A stretch of 64,000 nucleotides of DNA, taken from assembly GCA_965249595.1 (NCBI GenBank), contig OZ252242.1, forward strand, positions 848,569 through 912,568. Reading direction: 5' to 3'. Both the position numbers and the translations under genes were made by a program. Positions 8,691 to 19,114 of the stretch are shown here, in pieces. A model generated the notes under the pieces. That model did no database searches. It was not told the origin of the DNA and saw only the letters and a list, made by a program, of their open reading frames with translations. This stretch comes from Chloroflexota bacterium (GTDB lineage Bacteria; Chloroflexota; UBA11872; VXNJ01). Each line of letters starts with the position of its first letter. Positions within the stretch are counted from its first letter, which is position 1.

Positions 8691-10418
8691 ATGAATCCGA
8701 CTGCCGGAAGTGCGCGTCCGGGCGGGGTCAAAGACCTGCCCGTCGAACGGCGCCGGGCCATCCGCGCCTGGTGCATGTACGATTGGGCCAATTCAGCCTT
8801 TGCTACCAGCGGCGTGGTGGCAATTTTTCCGGTCTATTTCGTATTCCTCTTTAAAGAGGCGCTTGGCGAAAGTGCGACCATCTTAGGAATAACGTTCACG
8901 GGAAGTTCTCTCTGGAGCCTGGCGATCGCCATTTCGACCGCGACGGTCGCGCTTTCCAGCCCGGTGCTTGGCGTGATTTCGGATCGTGTACCGATCAAGC
9001 GAGCGCTGCTGTGGGCCTATACCGGCTGTGGGTCCCTGTTCACCGTGCTGGCGTTCTTTTCGGCCTACACCGGCCAACCCTGGGCCTGGTTGATCGGCAT
9101 GTTCACGCTAGCCAATATCGGCTTTGCCGGGAGCCTGATCTTTTATAACTCGTTTCTGCCGCACCTGGGCCCGCGACACCTTGCGGATGACATCTCAAGC
9201 CGTGGATTCGCCTATGGCTATGCCGGCGGCGGCCTTCTGCTGTTAATTCACCTGGGGCTGATCCTGACCACCCAGGACAGCGAATTCGCCGACCTGGCCA
9301 CCCGGATTGCCATCGCCTCGGTGGGAGTCTGGTGGTTTGGTTGGGCGATCTGGACTCTGCGGGTACTCCCCGAGCCGCCGATTCGCAACCCGATCGGCGG
9401 ATTGACGATACGGACGGCACTGGGCCTGGGCATTAAGGAACTGGCGCGTACGATGCGCCAGCTAAGGCGATTCCGTGCAGTGCTCGTCTATCTGGGCTCT
9501 TACCTGCTTTTTAACGACGGAGTACAAACGGTTCTGGCCATCGCGGGCGCGTTTGCCGCCGATACATTGGGCATTCCGCTCGCCTTCAACATGGGGACGA
9601 TCGTGATCATTCAGTTCATCGCCGTGCCCGGCGCTCTGGCCTTCAGCTGGCTGGCGGAAAAATTGACGACCAAATCGGCGTTGACCATCTCCCTTGGGGG
9701 CTGGATCATCATCGTGCTGTTCGGCGTGGCGGTGGTTCCACTGACGCCGGGCGCCCACAACGAATTCGACTTTCAGCTCGACTACCGCACTGATATTGAT
9801 CGATACACCGTAGTCGTTGCCCCGGGTTCGGTCGAATCGGGCCACCAGCTCTCTCGGGCGGGCGAAACGTGGGAACTGGATGTGGGTGCGGTCCTGGAGA
9901 TTGAAACAGTTCCACATCTCGCGTTGGCGGTAAGCGAAACGGAGGATTTTCGTTACTCGGTCTCGATCAGCGGAGGCGAATATGGAGGAACTACCGCCGT
10001 TGGCCGGGCCCATCCGTCGTCGCTTGGATCGGGCCCCCTGGACTGGTGGCCTTCCCTCGTTCGATCGCGCCTCTGGGAGCCGCTCGGCCTCGACGCGGGC
10101 TATCAATGGCTGGTTCTGGGGGTATTGGTGGGAGCCGTGATCGGTGGTAGCCAGGCACTGGCCCGGAGCCTTTTCTCGCAATTAACCCCGGAGTCGCGCA
10201 GCGGTGAATTTTTCTCGTTCTTCGGCTTTATGAGCCGGGCGTCATCGGTGTTTGGCCCGATGCTTTACATCCTGGCCACGGCGTTGTTTGATACCAGGGT
10301 TGCGGTCACCTCAATACTCCTGATCATTGTCGCCGGCACGATCGTGCTCAAATGGGTAAATGTCACCGATGGAGTTAGAGCGGCGGCGCTCGAAGAAGCC
10401 GGTGGATTTGCCAATTGA
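8691..10418 (+). CDS. MFS transporter, UMF1/Atg22-like family, with ~100-aa soluble insertion between the two six-helix halves
   Basis: 575-aa ORF. N-terminal 'MYDWANSAFATSGVVAIFPVYF' hallmark of UMF1 family, 12 predicted TM helices. Hydrophilic insert ~residues 345-450 (coords ~9725-10040). Confidence 0.75.
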   Translation: MNPTAGSARPGGVKDLPVERRRAIRAWCMYDWANSAFATSGVVAIFPVYFVFLFKEALGESATILGITFTGSSLWSLAIAISTATVALSSPVLGVISDRVPIKRALLWAYTGCGSLFTVLAFFSAYTGQPWAWLIGMFTLANIGFAGSLIFYNSFLPHLGPRHLADDISSRGFAYGYAGGGLLLLIHLGLILTTQDSEFADLATRIAIASVGVWWFGWAIWTLRVLPEPPIRNPIGGLTIRTALGLGIKELARTMRQLRRFRAVLVYLGSYLLFNDGVQTVLAIAGAFAADTLGIPLAFNMGTIVIIQFIAVPGALAFSWLAEKLTTKSALTISLGGWIIIVLFGVAVVPLTPGAHNEFDFQLDYRTDIDRYTVVVAPGSVESGHQLSRAGETWELDVGAVLEIETVPHLALAVSETEDFRYSVSISGGEYGGTTAVGRAHPSSLGSGPLDWWPSLVRSRLWEPLGLDAGYQWLVLGVLVGAVIGGSQALARSLFSQLTPESRSGEFFSFFGFMSRASSVFGPMLYILATALFDTRVAVTSILLIIVAGTIVLKWVNVTDGVRAAALEEAGGFAN

Positions 10419-10557
10419 ATATCGGCGGAATGGAGGGTCGCCCTGGTCCCAGTAAAGACCGATGACGCCCGCCGAGCCCAATCTGCTGTAAGTGCCGGCG
10501 AATTCGAAGCCGGGAGCGGATGACCAATTCGCCTCGATCCGTGTCTCGCCGACGGGA

Positions 10558-11175
10558 TTAGCCCCAGGTCGGCCTTTCCATCGCGAACGTGTTATTGACT
10601 GCCACGTAGTCAAGGTAGCCAAGCCTGCCTATCGGGCCCAACTTTAAGTAGTCGATTCGGCCATCCACCAATATCCCTTCGTCCAGGTGGACACCGACGA
10701 CTTGTCCAAATACGACCGTGTTGGGTTCATCCGCGTCAAATGAAAGCAATTCGAGTGAACGGATGAAACGGCACTCAAGCTGCACCGGGCTCTCGGCCAC
10801 ACGCGGGCAATTTACCAGTCTTCCAGGGGCCTTGGTCAGCCCCGCGTATTCAAATTCGTCAACGTCGTGCGGCGCCGGGACGGCCGATGCGTTCATCTGT
10901 TCCCGCAGATCCCAGGTGGCTACGTTGACGACGAATTCGCCGGTCGTTTGCGCATCCAGTACGGCGTCTTTTAGCCCGCCGAACTCATGGTTGCCGGTCG
11001 CCGCGAACATCACTTGAGGAGGGTTGTAGGCGACCCCGTTGAAGAATGAATAAGGGGCGAGGTTGGCGACGCCATCGGCACTCAGAGTCGAAATCCAACC
11101 TATCGGCCGAGGGACCACGATCGCGTTCAGAATCTTGAGGGGTTCGTTGGCCCCTTGCCCGGCTTCGTAGAACAT
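10558..11175 (-). CDS. Flavin reductase-like (FMN-binding split-barrel) domain protein
   Basis: ORF 10558..11217. Conserved region begins at internal Met (MFYEAG...). 'IVVPRPIGWISTLSADGVANLAPYSFF' matches the Flavin_Reduct domain. Confidence 0.8.
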   Translation of the reverse strand: MFYEAGQGANEPLKILNAIVVPRPIGWISTLSADGVANLAPYSFFNGVAYNPPQVMFAATGNHEFGGLKDAVLDAQTTGEFVVNVATWDLREQMNASAVPAPHDVDEFEYAGLTKAPGRLVNCPRVAESPVQLECRFIRSLELLSFDADEPNTVVFGQVVGVHLDEGILVDGRIDYLKLGPIGRLGYLDYVAVNNTFAMERPTWG

Positions 11176-11305
11176 CGGTATCTCCCGACTGAACTTGGCA
11201 ATTGAGCAACGAATCATTACCGGAAATGCAGTTACTGCCGGAACCCGATCTGGGCGTGGCCAATCCGGGCTGACGCCGCGATCGCGCCGACGTCACGTTA
11301 CTTGG

Positions 11306-11380
11306 TGGTTGCGGGGGTCGGATTCGAACCGACGACCTCCGGGTTATGAGCCCGACGAGCTGCCACTGCTCCACCCCGCA
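11306..11380 (-). tRNA. tRNA-Met (CAT), initiator type
   Basis: Reverse complement TGCGGGGTGGAGCAGTGGCAGCTCGTCGGGCTCATAACCCGGAGGTCGTCGGTTCGAATCCGACCCCCGCAACCA. Cloverleaf with anticodon CAU, three consecutive G-C pairs in the anticodon stem, weak 1:72 U-A pair, near-identity to E. coli tRNA-fMet. CCA encoded. Confidence 0.9.
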
Positions 11381-11391
11381 CGCTTGAATTG

Positions 11392-11690
11392 AGATTATTC
11401 GAGCCGGTCTATAAGCCGCATTCTGTTGTTGGCTGCCATCTGTCTTGAACGCCGGTTACCCGACATTTCTTTGCACCCTACCTGGGACTCGGCGGGCCAC
11501 CTCAACGTCCCTGCTTGGGCTTGCTCCAAATAGAGTTTGGCCTTTTCACTCCGGCATTATCCGGCATTGGTCTCTGTTCCACTGGTCCTCGCCTCACGGC
11601 GGACGGGCGTTACCCGCTATCTTGCCCTATGGAGTGCGGACTTTCCTCACGCGTAGTGCGACAACCCGACTAACTCGGTTATCTCAAATC
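11392..11690 (-). ncRNA. rnpB: RNase P RNA (bacterial type A-like, compact ~295 nt)
   Basis: Minus-strand sequence contains CR-I 'GAGGAAAGUCCGCACUCCAUAGGGCA', 'GGGUAACGCC' hairpin, 'ACCAGUGGAACAGAGACCAA', 'GGUAGGGUGCAAAG' and CR-V 'ACAGAAUGCGGCUUAUAG'. P4 strands show compensatory change relative to E. coli (GUCCGCA/UGCGGC vs GUCCGGG/CCCGGC). Ends approximate. Confidence 0.75.
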
Positions 11691-11845
11691 TTTATTTGTT
11701 AATGATCGACCCTTCGACATCTGAAGTAGCAGCCGAGAGACTTTCCTCTCAATGTATTTATTCATTGCGCTTCGTTGGCGAGTTTGGCTTTTGATACAGA
11801 GCCAGGAAGCTTGACTGGGATCACTCAACATTTCTGCCGAGCACT

Positions 11846-13340
<1,495 letters not shown>

Positions 13341-13970
13341 TCACAGTAAAAAGTTCTCGTTGCCGAGAACGTTTAAACAAAAAATTTGGATGAAGCGCTA
13401 ATACATCCTGTACTCTGCAGACCTAACTCGCCATGAATCAACATGGAGTGTTATGTCTCAATTCGGCTGCTCTTCAGTTGTCGAAGGTTCCGCTCTCGAA
13501 AAGTGTCTTCCCGATATGGGGACTCACTACCTCTCCAGAGCCCGCAATTATAGGCGTCGACGCCTATCGGCGGCACCGCATTACTCGGGCAACCGGCTCG
13601 TGTGACGCCCGCCAGCGCCAGACGAATTGTTTGCGGTTGGATCTTGCGTGTTTTCTGCCTGGCCACGGGTTGGCGAATGCTGGAATGATCGCGTTTGCCC
13701 GACACGGGGATCTGGCCAAAAAGTACTGTCGGCGCATTTGGAAATTGGCCGCGCCGGCGATCCGCACGCTGCGGTGCGACCCTTTGCCCCGCCGGTGATT
13801 GCTAAGCGCTCGAGTCCAAAGATGCCGGGCGGACCAAATCGGGCGCTACAAGGCGCCGGTGCGGCGCGAATGTTCGGGCAACCAGAGGCCGTTCGTAACT
13901 GATAGGGAATAATTGACCGCAGTGAAATCTCAAACTGGACGGTTCCGGAAGGATTTGACAGAGAGCGACG

Positions 13971-14939
13971 ATGAAGCTCAGCCAGGAACAACTCAACCAC
14001 TTCGATCGCGAAGGCTGGCTGATCGTCCGCGACGTTTTCGATCCCGAACGCGATTTCGGTCCGCTGCTGGCTGATTATTCGGTGATTGCCGACCGCCAGG
14101 CGGCCAGGATCCTAAGCGACGAGCAGCACGAGGCCTACGATGATTCGTGGGATTTCCTGAAAAAGTTTCTCTATCTGGCTCGATGCACCGGTGGCTTTGA
14201 TCACCAGCCTTACGACATTTCATTGCCGCCAAAGGAAATCAACCCGGATGTTGAGATGTACACTGGCGAAGCGGCTTTTAAATTGCTATCTCACCCACGG
14301 CTGCTTGACCTGATCGAGTGCTTCATCGGTTCGGAAATCTACTCCAACCCGGTCCAGCACATTCGGATCAAAGTGCCCGAAAAGATGGTCCCGGTGACCC
14401 TGCGGGTATCAAACATGGGAATTGGACGATCCACACTCTGGCACCAGGACAACGGAGTAGTGACCGAGGATGCGGACGTGGCCCCGATGGTGACCTGCTG
14501 GGCGCCGGTGACCGACGCCACCGTGGAAATGGGCTGCCTCGGCGTGATTCCGCGGTCACACCGTATTGGGCTGGCCCCGCATTGCATTACCAGCGGGGGC
14601 CTGCACATACCCGACGACAACGTCGATGAGTCCCTCATGGAGCCCTTGCCGATGAAGGCTGGGTCGGTCCTGTTCCTGCACCGCCACACCCTCCACCGCT
14701 CGCTCGAAAACGTCTCCAGCGTCGTCCGATTCAGTTTCGATTTGCGTTACTCGCCGGTCGGACTCCCCACTGGTCGCTCCGCTTTCCCCGAATTTGTGGC
14801 CAGGTCTCGGCGAACCCCGGATTGCGAATTGCGTGACCCGGATGCGTGGGCCGCCAGTTGGAAATTGACCCAGGAAAGGCTTTCCGCCGACGGCAATTAC
14901 CGACCGAGCCGCTACAAGACCGACGCCGTTTTTTGCTAG
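13971..14939 (+). CDS. Phytanoyl-CoA dioxygenase (PhyH) family protein
   Basis: 322-aa ORF with 'WHQDNG...H..H' 2-His-1-carboxylate type motifs of PhyH family. Second PhyH paralog in window. Confidence 0.8.
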   Translation: MKLSQEQLNHFDREGWLIVRDVFDPERDFGPLLADYSVIADRQAARILSDEQHEAYDDSWDFLKKFLYLARCTGGFDHQPYDISLPPKEINPDVEMYTGEAAFKLLSHPRLLDLIECFIGSEIYSNPVQHIRIKVPEKMVPVTLRVSNMGIGRSTLWHQDNGVVTEDADVAPMVTCWAPVTDATVEMGCLGVIPRSHRIGLAPHCITSGGLHIPDDNVDESLMEPLPMKAGSVLFLHRHTLHRSLENVSSVVRFSFDLRYSPVGLPTGRSAFPEFVARSRRTPDCELRDPDAWAASWKLTQERLSADGNYRPSRYKTDAVFC

Positions 14940-15338
14940 ACATGCAAGCTGCCGTCGTTTAGCTACGCCGCACCAGGGGCCTGTTTGACGGTATTGGCGG
15001 GGCGAAATTGCCCTGAATCTACTGGTGGAAATTGCGGCAATGGACCGCGAGCGACTGAATCTCGGCACCGGAATTAACGCCCGGAGAGGCATCCCCTGGC
15101 GGGCACTGCGTAGATATCGATAACTGCCGTGGCTCTCCCCGACGGATGGTGGGTCAAAAGCGACCCGGCGATAGCACTGCGGGTCGTGAACTTGACATTG
15201 GCCGGGCCAAGGCCTTGGAAATCCGACGCTCATTGGCCAGGGTTCGGTGCGGGTGGGAATTGGGCGTCGAAGCACCAGTTTTGCCGCCCCAATACTGATG
15301 AGAGTGGACCTGCCCCACTCTCACGAGTAAATTTCAGA

Positions 15339-15647
15339 TCAAGTTATCGCGATATCGCCGGCGCCACCGGCCCGCTTACTCAGGTTGGCGACCGCGGCCT
15401 CGAGCGGTACCAGGGCGGCCTCGAACCCATCACCATTCGCGGTTGCCAATTTCTTGGCGTTGCGATTGACCGGTGCGGTCAAGGGAACCACTAAACCGCT
15501 TTTGGCCAGCGGCGACTCCGACAGCGCCTGCAACGTGGTTTGCAGGGCCGTTAACCGGTCCCGCAATTGGTCGTCGGCGTCGGCTGCGAGCCGGCCGGCG
15601 ATCGAAGCCGCTTCGGTGAGGTGCTCGACACCCTTGGGGATCATCAT
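15339..15647 (-). CDS. Hypothetical 102-aa protein (copy 1), Cys-free, predicted helical; co-duplicated with DUF362 gene
   Basis: ORF conserved between both repeat units (102/103 aa, 3-4 substitutions). Immediately downstream of DUF362 gene with 24-nt gap. Confidence 0.6.
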   Translation of the reverse strand: MMIPKGVEHLTEAASIAGRLAADADDQLRDRLTALQTTLQALSESPLAKSGLVVPLTAPVNRNAKKLATANGDGFEAALVPLEAAVANLSKRAGGAGDIAIT

Positions 15648-15671
15648 GGAGCATGTCCTTTAGGCGGTCGA

Positions 15672-17045
15672 TTAGTGACCGTGATGGGAATGCCCGACCG
15701 GCGCGGTTACCCGCGGTCCGGCAACGGCGTCAAGGTCGATTTCGTCGCGACGCTTACGGTCGAAACCGGTTCCGCCGTGGCGGTCTTCGGGGAACGGATT
15801 CTCCTTGGCGTAGATCGACTTGTAGCGATCACCCACCAGGCGTCGGTCGTAGAAGCCGAAGCGGTCGCTGTCGGACTCGAATACCTCGATCAATTCGTAA
15901 TCCTTGCTGCCCAGGCCGTTCTTTACGCCGGCGTTGAGCTGGATCTCTTCGGAGATGCCCGGGATCATCGATCCGGCCATCGACAGTTTGTGGTCACCGG
16001 CGCCATCCACTCCAAAGTCCTCGGCGGCCGAACCCGGCATGCCCGGCAATTCGGTCACCTTATCCAGGCAGGCGGTGTCGAGTGCTATCGGGTCGTAGCC
16101 GGCGAAGATCCCGAGGTGCGGGGTGACCGGCAAATCGGCATGATCCATGCAGTCGCACTTGGGTGACACGTCGAGGCCGAGATTGAGGTAGGCGACCTTG
16201 CCGTCCAGGGCCTTCATCACCGCCAGGGCACCGTCGGCACAGGCGGCGTTGAACGCCCGCGTGTTGTCCTCGGTGTTGGTCCAGGCGCCGATATTTGCCA
16301 GGGTGCCGTAGCAACTCAGGCAGCTGCGGCATTTTTCGGGATGCCATTCGACACTGCCGTTGTTGCGCGAATAGGCCTCGTGAATGCAGATTCCCGGCAC
16401 CATCTTTTTAAAGTCGTCGGTCAAGTTCTCGGGATGCCACTCGACGACCCCGGGAAATCCAAAATCGGGATGCCCGCCCATGTGGACGTTGTACTTACCG
16501 CGCTTGGATTGGCAGCCGATGCCGAGGTTCTTAACCGCGCCCCCGATTACCCCCATCGGGTGACCCTTAAAGTGGGTCAGGGCGATCATGACGTCGGCTA
16601 GGGCGACGGCCTTGGCGACGTAGGCCTCGTTGAGGATGTAGCCTTCCGGGAGCGGAATGCGGACGTCGTCGGTGCCGTTGAAACCGTCGGCGGAGAGGAA
16701 GGGACAGCCCAGGGTGGATGAGTTGTAGCCGTTGCGTTCGGCGGTGATCATCAGGTCTTGCGCCGTTACCCGTGACGCCCCTGGCCCATAAGTCATCGTG
16801 GTGGTGTCACAGACGAATGGCCGTCCGCCGAGGCGCTTTACCTCGTCGGCCACGGCGCGGGCGTAGACCGGCCGCAGGTAGGCCGAATTGTTCCACTCGC
16901 CGCAGTGCAGCTTGATGGCCACCACGTCACCGGGCTTGATCAATTTTTCGAATTCGGCCGCTTCGAAGAGCGTTAACGTCTGCGGAACGAATCCGGTGTT
17001 GGAGGACAGGCTGCGCCGGTCCATCGTCCATACCTTAGATGACAT
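15672..17045 (-). CDS. DUF362 domain protein (putative Fe-S/metal-binding, COG2006-like), copy 1
   Basis: DUF362 signatures 'KPGDVVAIKLHCGE', 'THFKGHPMGVIGGAVKNLGIGCQSKRGKYNVH'. C-terminal half has CxxCxxC and CDC motifs and His-rich tail HSHHGH. ATG at 17045 preceded by GGAGGAG. Confidence 0.8.
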   Translation of the reverse strand: MSSKVWTMDRRSLSSNTGFVPQTLTLFEAAEFEKLIKPGDVVAIKLHCGEWNNSAYLRPVYARAVADEVKRLGGRPFVCDTTTMTYGPGASRVTAQDLMITAERNGYNSSTLGCPFLSADGFNGTDDVRIPLPEGYILNEAYVAKAVALADVMIALTHFKGHPMGVIGGAVKNLGIGCQSKRGKYNVHMGGHPDFGFPGVVEWHPENLTDDFKKMVPGICIHEAYSRNNGSVEWHPEKCRSCLSCYGTLANIGAWTNTEDNTRAFNAACADGALAVMKALDGKVAYLNLGLDVSPKCDCMDHADLPVTPHLGIFAGYDPIALDTACLDKVTELPGMPGSAAEDFGVDGAGDHKLSMAGSMIPGISEEIQLNAGVKNGLGSKDYELIEVFESDSDRFGFYDRRLVGDRYKSIYAKENPFPEDRHGGTGFDRKRRDEIDLDAVAGPRVTAPVGHSHHGH

Positions 17046-17153
17046 CTCACCTGCTCCTCCGCACCGCCCCATTTTGTTGGCGGATTGATCACTTTTGCCC
17101 AGACTGCCAAAGTTTAGTTCCGACGGTCAATTATTTCCGTAGCCGGACGCCAA

Positions 17154-17240
17154 ATGAGGAGAAATGAGCGTCCGACCAACTACCTGATTTCCGGCAGGAA
17201 ACGGGCGACCGCCAATGATCAATTCGGTGCGAAAGATAAC
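17154..17240 (-). pseudogene. Decayed fragment of the E2 (dihydrolipoamide acyltransferase) 3' end; duplication scar
   Basis: ~65% nt identity to 19115..19200 (true E2 C-terminus). Retains 'ARFL' codons then hits a stop. Confidence 0.5.
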
Positions 17241-17299
17241 CGGCTCAAACCATTTGCCAGCAGGGCCGTCGGAGACGGTTCCTGCTGGCAGGACTCAGA

Positions 17300-17611
17300 T
17301 CAAGTTATCGCGATATTGCCGGCGCCACCGGCCCGCTTACTCAGGTTGGCGACCGCGGCCTCGAGCGGTACCAGGGCGGCCTCGAACCCATCACCATTCG
17401 CGGTTGCCAATTTCTTGGCGTTGCGATTGACCGGTGCGGTCAAGGGAACCACTAAACCGCTTTTGGCCAGCGGCGACTCCGACAGCGCCTGCAACGTGGT
17501 TTGCAGGGCCGATAACCGGTCCCGCAATTGGTCGTCGGCGTCGGCTGCGAGCCGGCCGGCGATCGAAGCCGCTTCGGTGAGGTGCTCGACACCCTTGGGG
17601 GTCATAATCAT
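17300..17611 (-). CDS. Hypothetical 103-aa protein (copy 2)
   Basis: Paralog of 15339..15647. Confidence 0.6.
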   Translation of the reverse strand: MIMTPKGVEHLTEAASIAGRLAADADDQLRDRLSALQTTLQALSESPLAKSGLVVPLTAPVNRNAKKLATANGDGFEAALVPLEAAVANLSKRAGGAGNIAIT

Positions 17612-17632
17612 GAGATTCTTCGGTGTGGCTAA

Positions 17633-19006
17633 TTAGTGACCGTGATGGGAATGCCCGACCGGCGCGGTTATCCGCGGTCCGGCAACGGCGTCAAGGTCGA
17701 TTTCGTCGCGACGCTTACGGTCGAAACCGGTTCCGCCGTGGCGGTCTTCGGGGAACGGATTCTCCTTGGCGTAGATCGACTTGTAGCGATCACCCACCAG
17801 GCGTCGGTCGTAGAAGCCGAAGCGGTCGCTGTCGGACTCGAATACCTCGATCAATTCGTAATCCTTGCTGCCCAGGCCGTTCTTTACGCCGGCGTTGAGC
17901 TGGATCTCTTCGGAGATGCCCGGGATCATCGATCCGGCCATCGACAGTTTGTGGTCACCGGCGCCATCCACTCCAAAGTCCTCGGCGGCCGAACCCGGCA
18001 TGCCCGGCAATTCGGTCACCTTATCCAGGCAGGCGGTGTCGAGTGCTATCGGGTCGTAGCCGGCGAAGATCCCGAGGTGCGGGGTGACCGGCAAATCGGC
18101 ATGGTCGACGCAGTCGCACTTGGGTGACACGTCGAGGCCGAGATTGAGGTAGGCGACCTTGCCGTCCAGGGCCTTCATCACCGCCAGGGCACCGTCGGCA
18201 CAGGCGGCGTTGAACGCCCGCGTGTTGTCCTCGGTGTTGGTCCAGGCCCCGGATACCACCTGGGCTCCGGCGCAACCTAGGCACGATCGACATTTTTCGG
18301 GGTGCCATTCGACACTGCCGTTGTTGCGCGAATAGGCCTCGTGAATGCAGATCCCCGGCACCATGTCTTTAAAACCCGGCGAAAGGTTCTCGGGATGCCA
18401 CTCGGCAACACCAGGGAATCCAAAATCGGGATGCCCGCCCATGTGGACGTTGTACTTACCGCGCTTGGATTGGCAGCCGATGCCGAGGTTCTTAACCGCG
18501 CCCCCGATTACCCCCATCGGGTGACCCTTAAAGTGGGTCAGGGCGATCATGACGTCGGCTAGGGCGACGGCCTTGGCGACGTAGGCCTCGTTGAGGATGT
18601 AGCCTTCCGGGAGCGGAATGCGGACGTCGTCGGTGCCGTTGAAACCGTCGGCGGAGAGGAAGGGACAGCCCAGGGTGGATGAGTTGTAGCCGTTGCGTTC
18701 GGCGGTGACCATCAGGTCGGGGGCGATCACCCGAGAAGCACGTGGCCCATAAGTCATCGTGGTGGTGTCACAGACGAATGGCCGTCCGCCGAGGCGCTTT
18801 ACCTCGTCGGCCACGGCGCGGGCGTAGACCGGCCGCAGGTAGGCCGAATTGTTCCACTCGCCGCAGTGCAGCTTGATGGCCACCACGTCACCGGGCTTGA
18901 TCAATTTTTCGAATTCGGCCGCTTCGAAGAGCGTTAACGTCTGCGGAACGAATCCGGTGTTGGAGGACAGGCTGCGCCGGTCCATCGTCCATACCTTAGA
19001 AGCCAT
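17633..19006 (-). CDS. DUF362 domain protein, copy 2
   Basis: 457 aa, ~96% identical to copy 1. Differences concentrated in two short patches (CRSCLGCAGAQVVSGAW vs CRSCLSCYGTLANIGAW; NLSPGFKDMV vs NLTDDFKKMV). Confidence 0.8.
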   Translation of the reverse strand: MASKVWTMDRRSLSSNTGFVPQTLTLFEAAEFEKLIKPGDVVAIKLHCGEWNNSAYLRPVYARAVADEVKRLGGRPFVCDTTTMTYGPRASRVIAPDLMVTAERNGYNSSTLGCPFLSADGFNGTDDVRIPLPEGYILNEAYVAKAVALADVMIALTHFKGHPMGVIGGAVKNLGIGCQSKRGKYNVHMGGHPDFGFPGVAEWHPENLSPGFKDMVPGICIHEAYSRNNGSVEWHPEKCRSCLGCAGAQVVSGAWTNTEDNTRAFNAACADGALAVMKALDGKVAYLNLGLDVSPKCDCVDHADLPVTPHLGIFAGYDPIALDTACLDKVTELPGMPGSAAEDFGVDGAGDHKLSMAGSMIPGISEEIQLNAGVKNGLGSKDYELIEVFESDSDRFGFYDRRLVGDRYKSIYAKENPFPEDRHGGTGFDRKRRDEIDLDAVAGPRITAPVGHSHHGH

Positions 19007-19114
19007 CTAAGTTACTCCTCCGCACCGCCCCCACGTGGATTGGTGAATCGATCATTAATACCTAATAGTTGCCAAAGTGTAAGTCCGCCGGTCGATTTAA
19101 TCCCTGGCCTGGCG

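Noticed and set aside
10985-11392. ORFs 10985..11374(-) and 11195..11392(+) overlapping tRNA-fMet
   Set aside because: Overlap a canonical tRNA and each other. Arg/Ser-rich low-complexity translations.
14556-15275. 239-aa minus-strand ORF overlapping the 3' half of PhyH (13971..14939)
   Set aside because: Antisense to a domain-supported gene. No motif support.
15567-16166. 199-aa ORF antisense to DUF362 copy 1 (and its twin 17636..18127)
   Set aside because: Lies entirely inside a well-supported gene on the opposite strand. High GC makes long antisense ORFs expected. No recognisable motifs.
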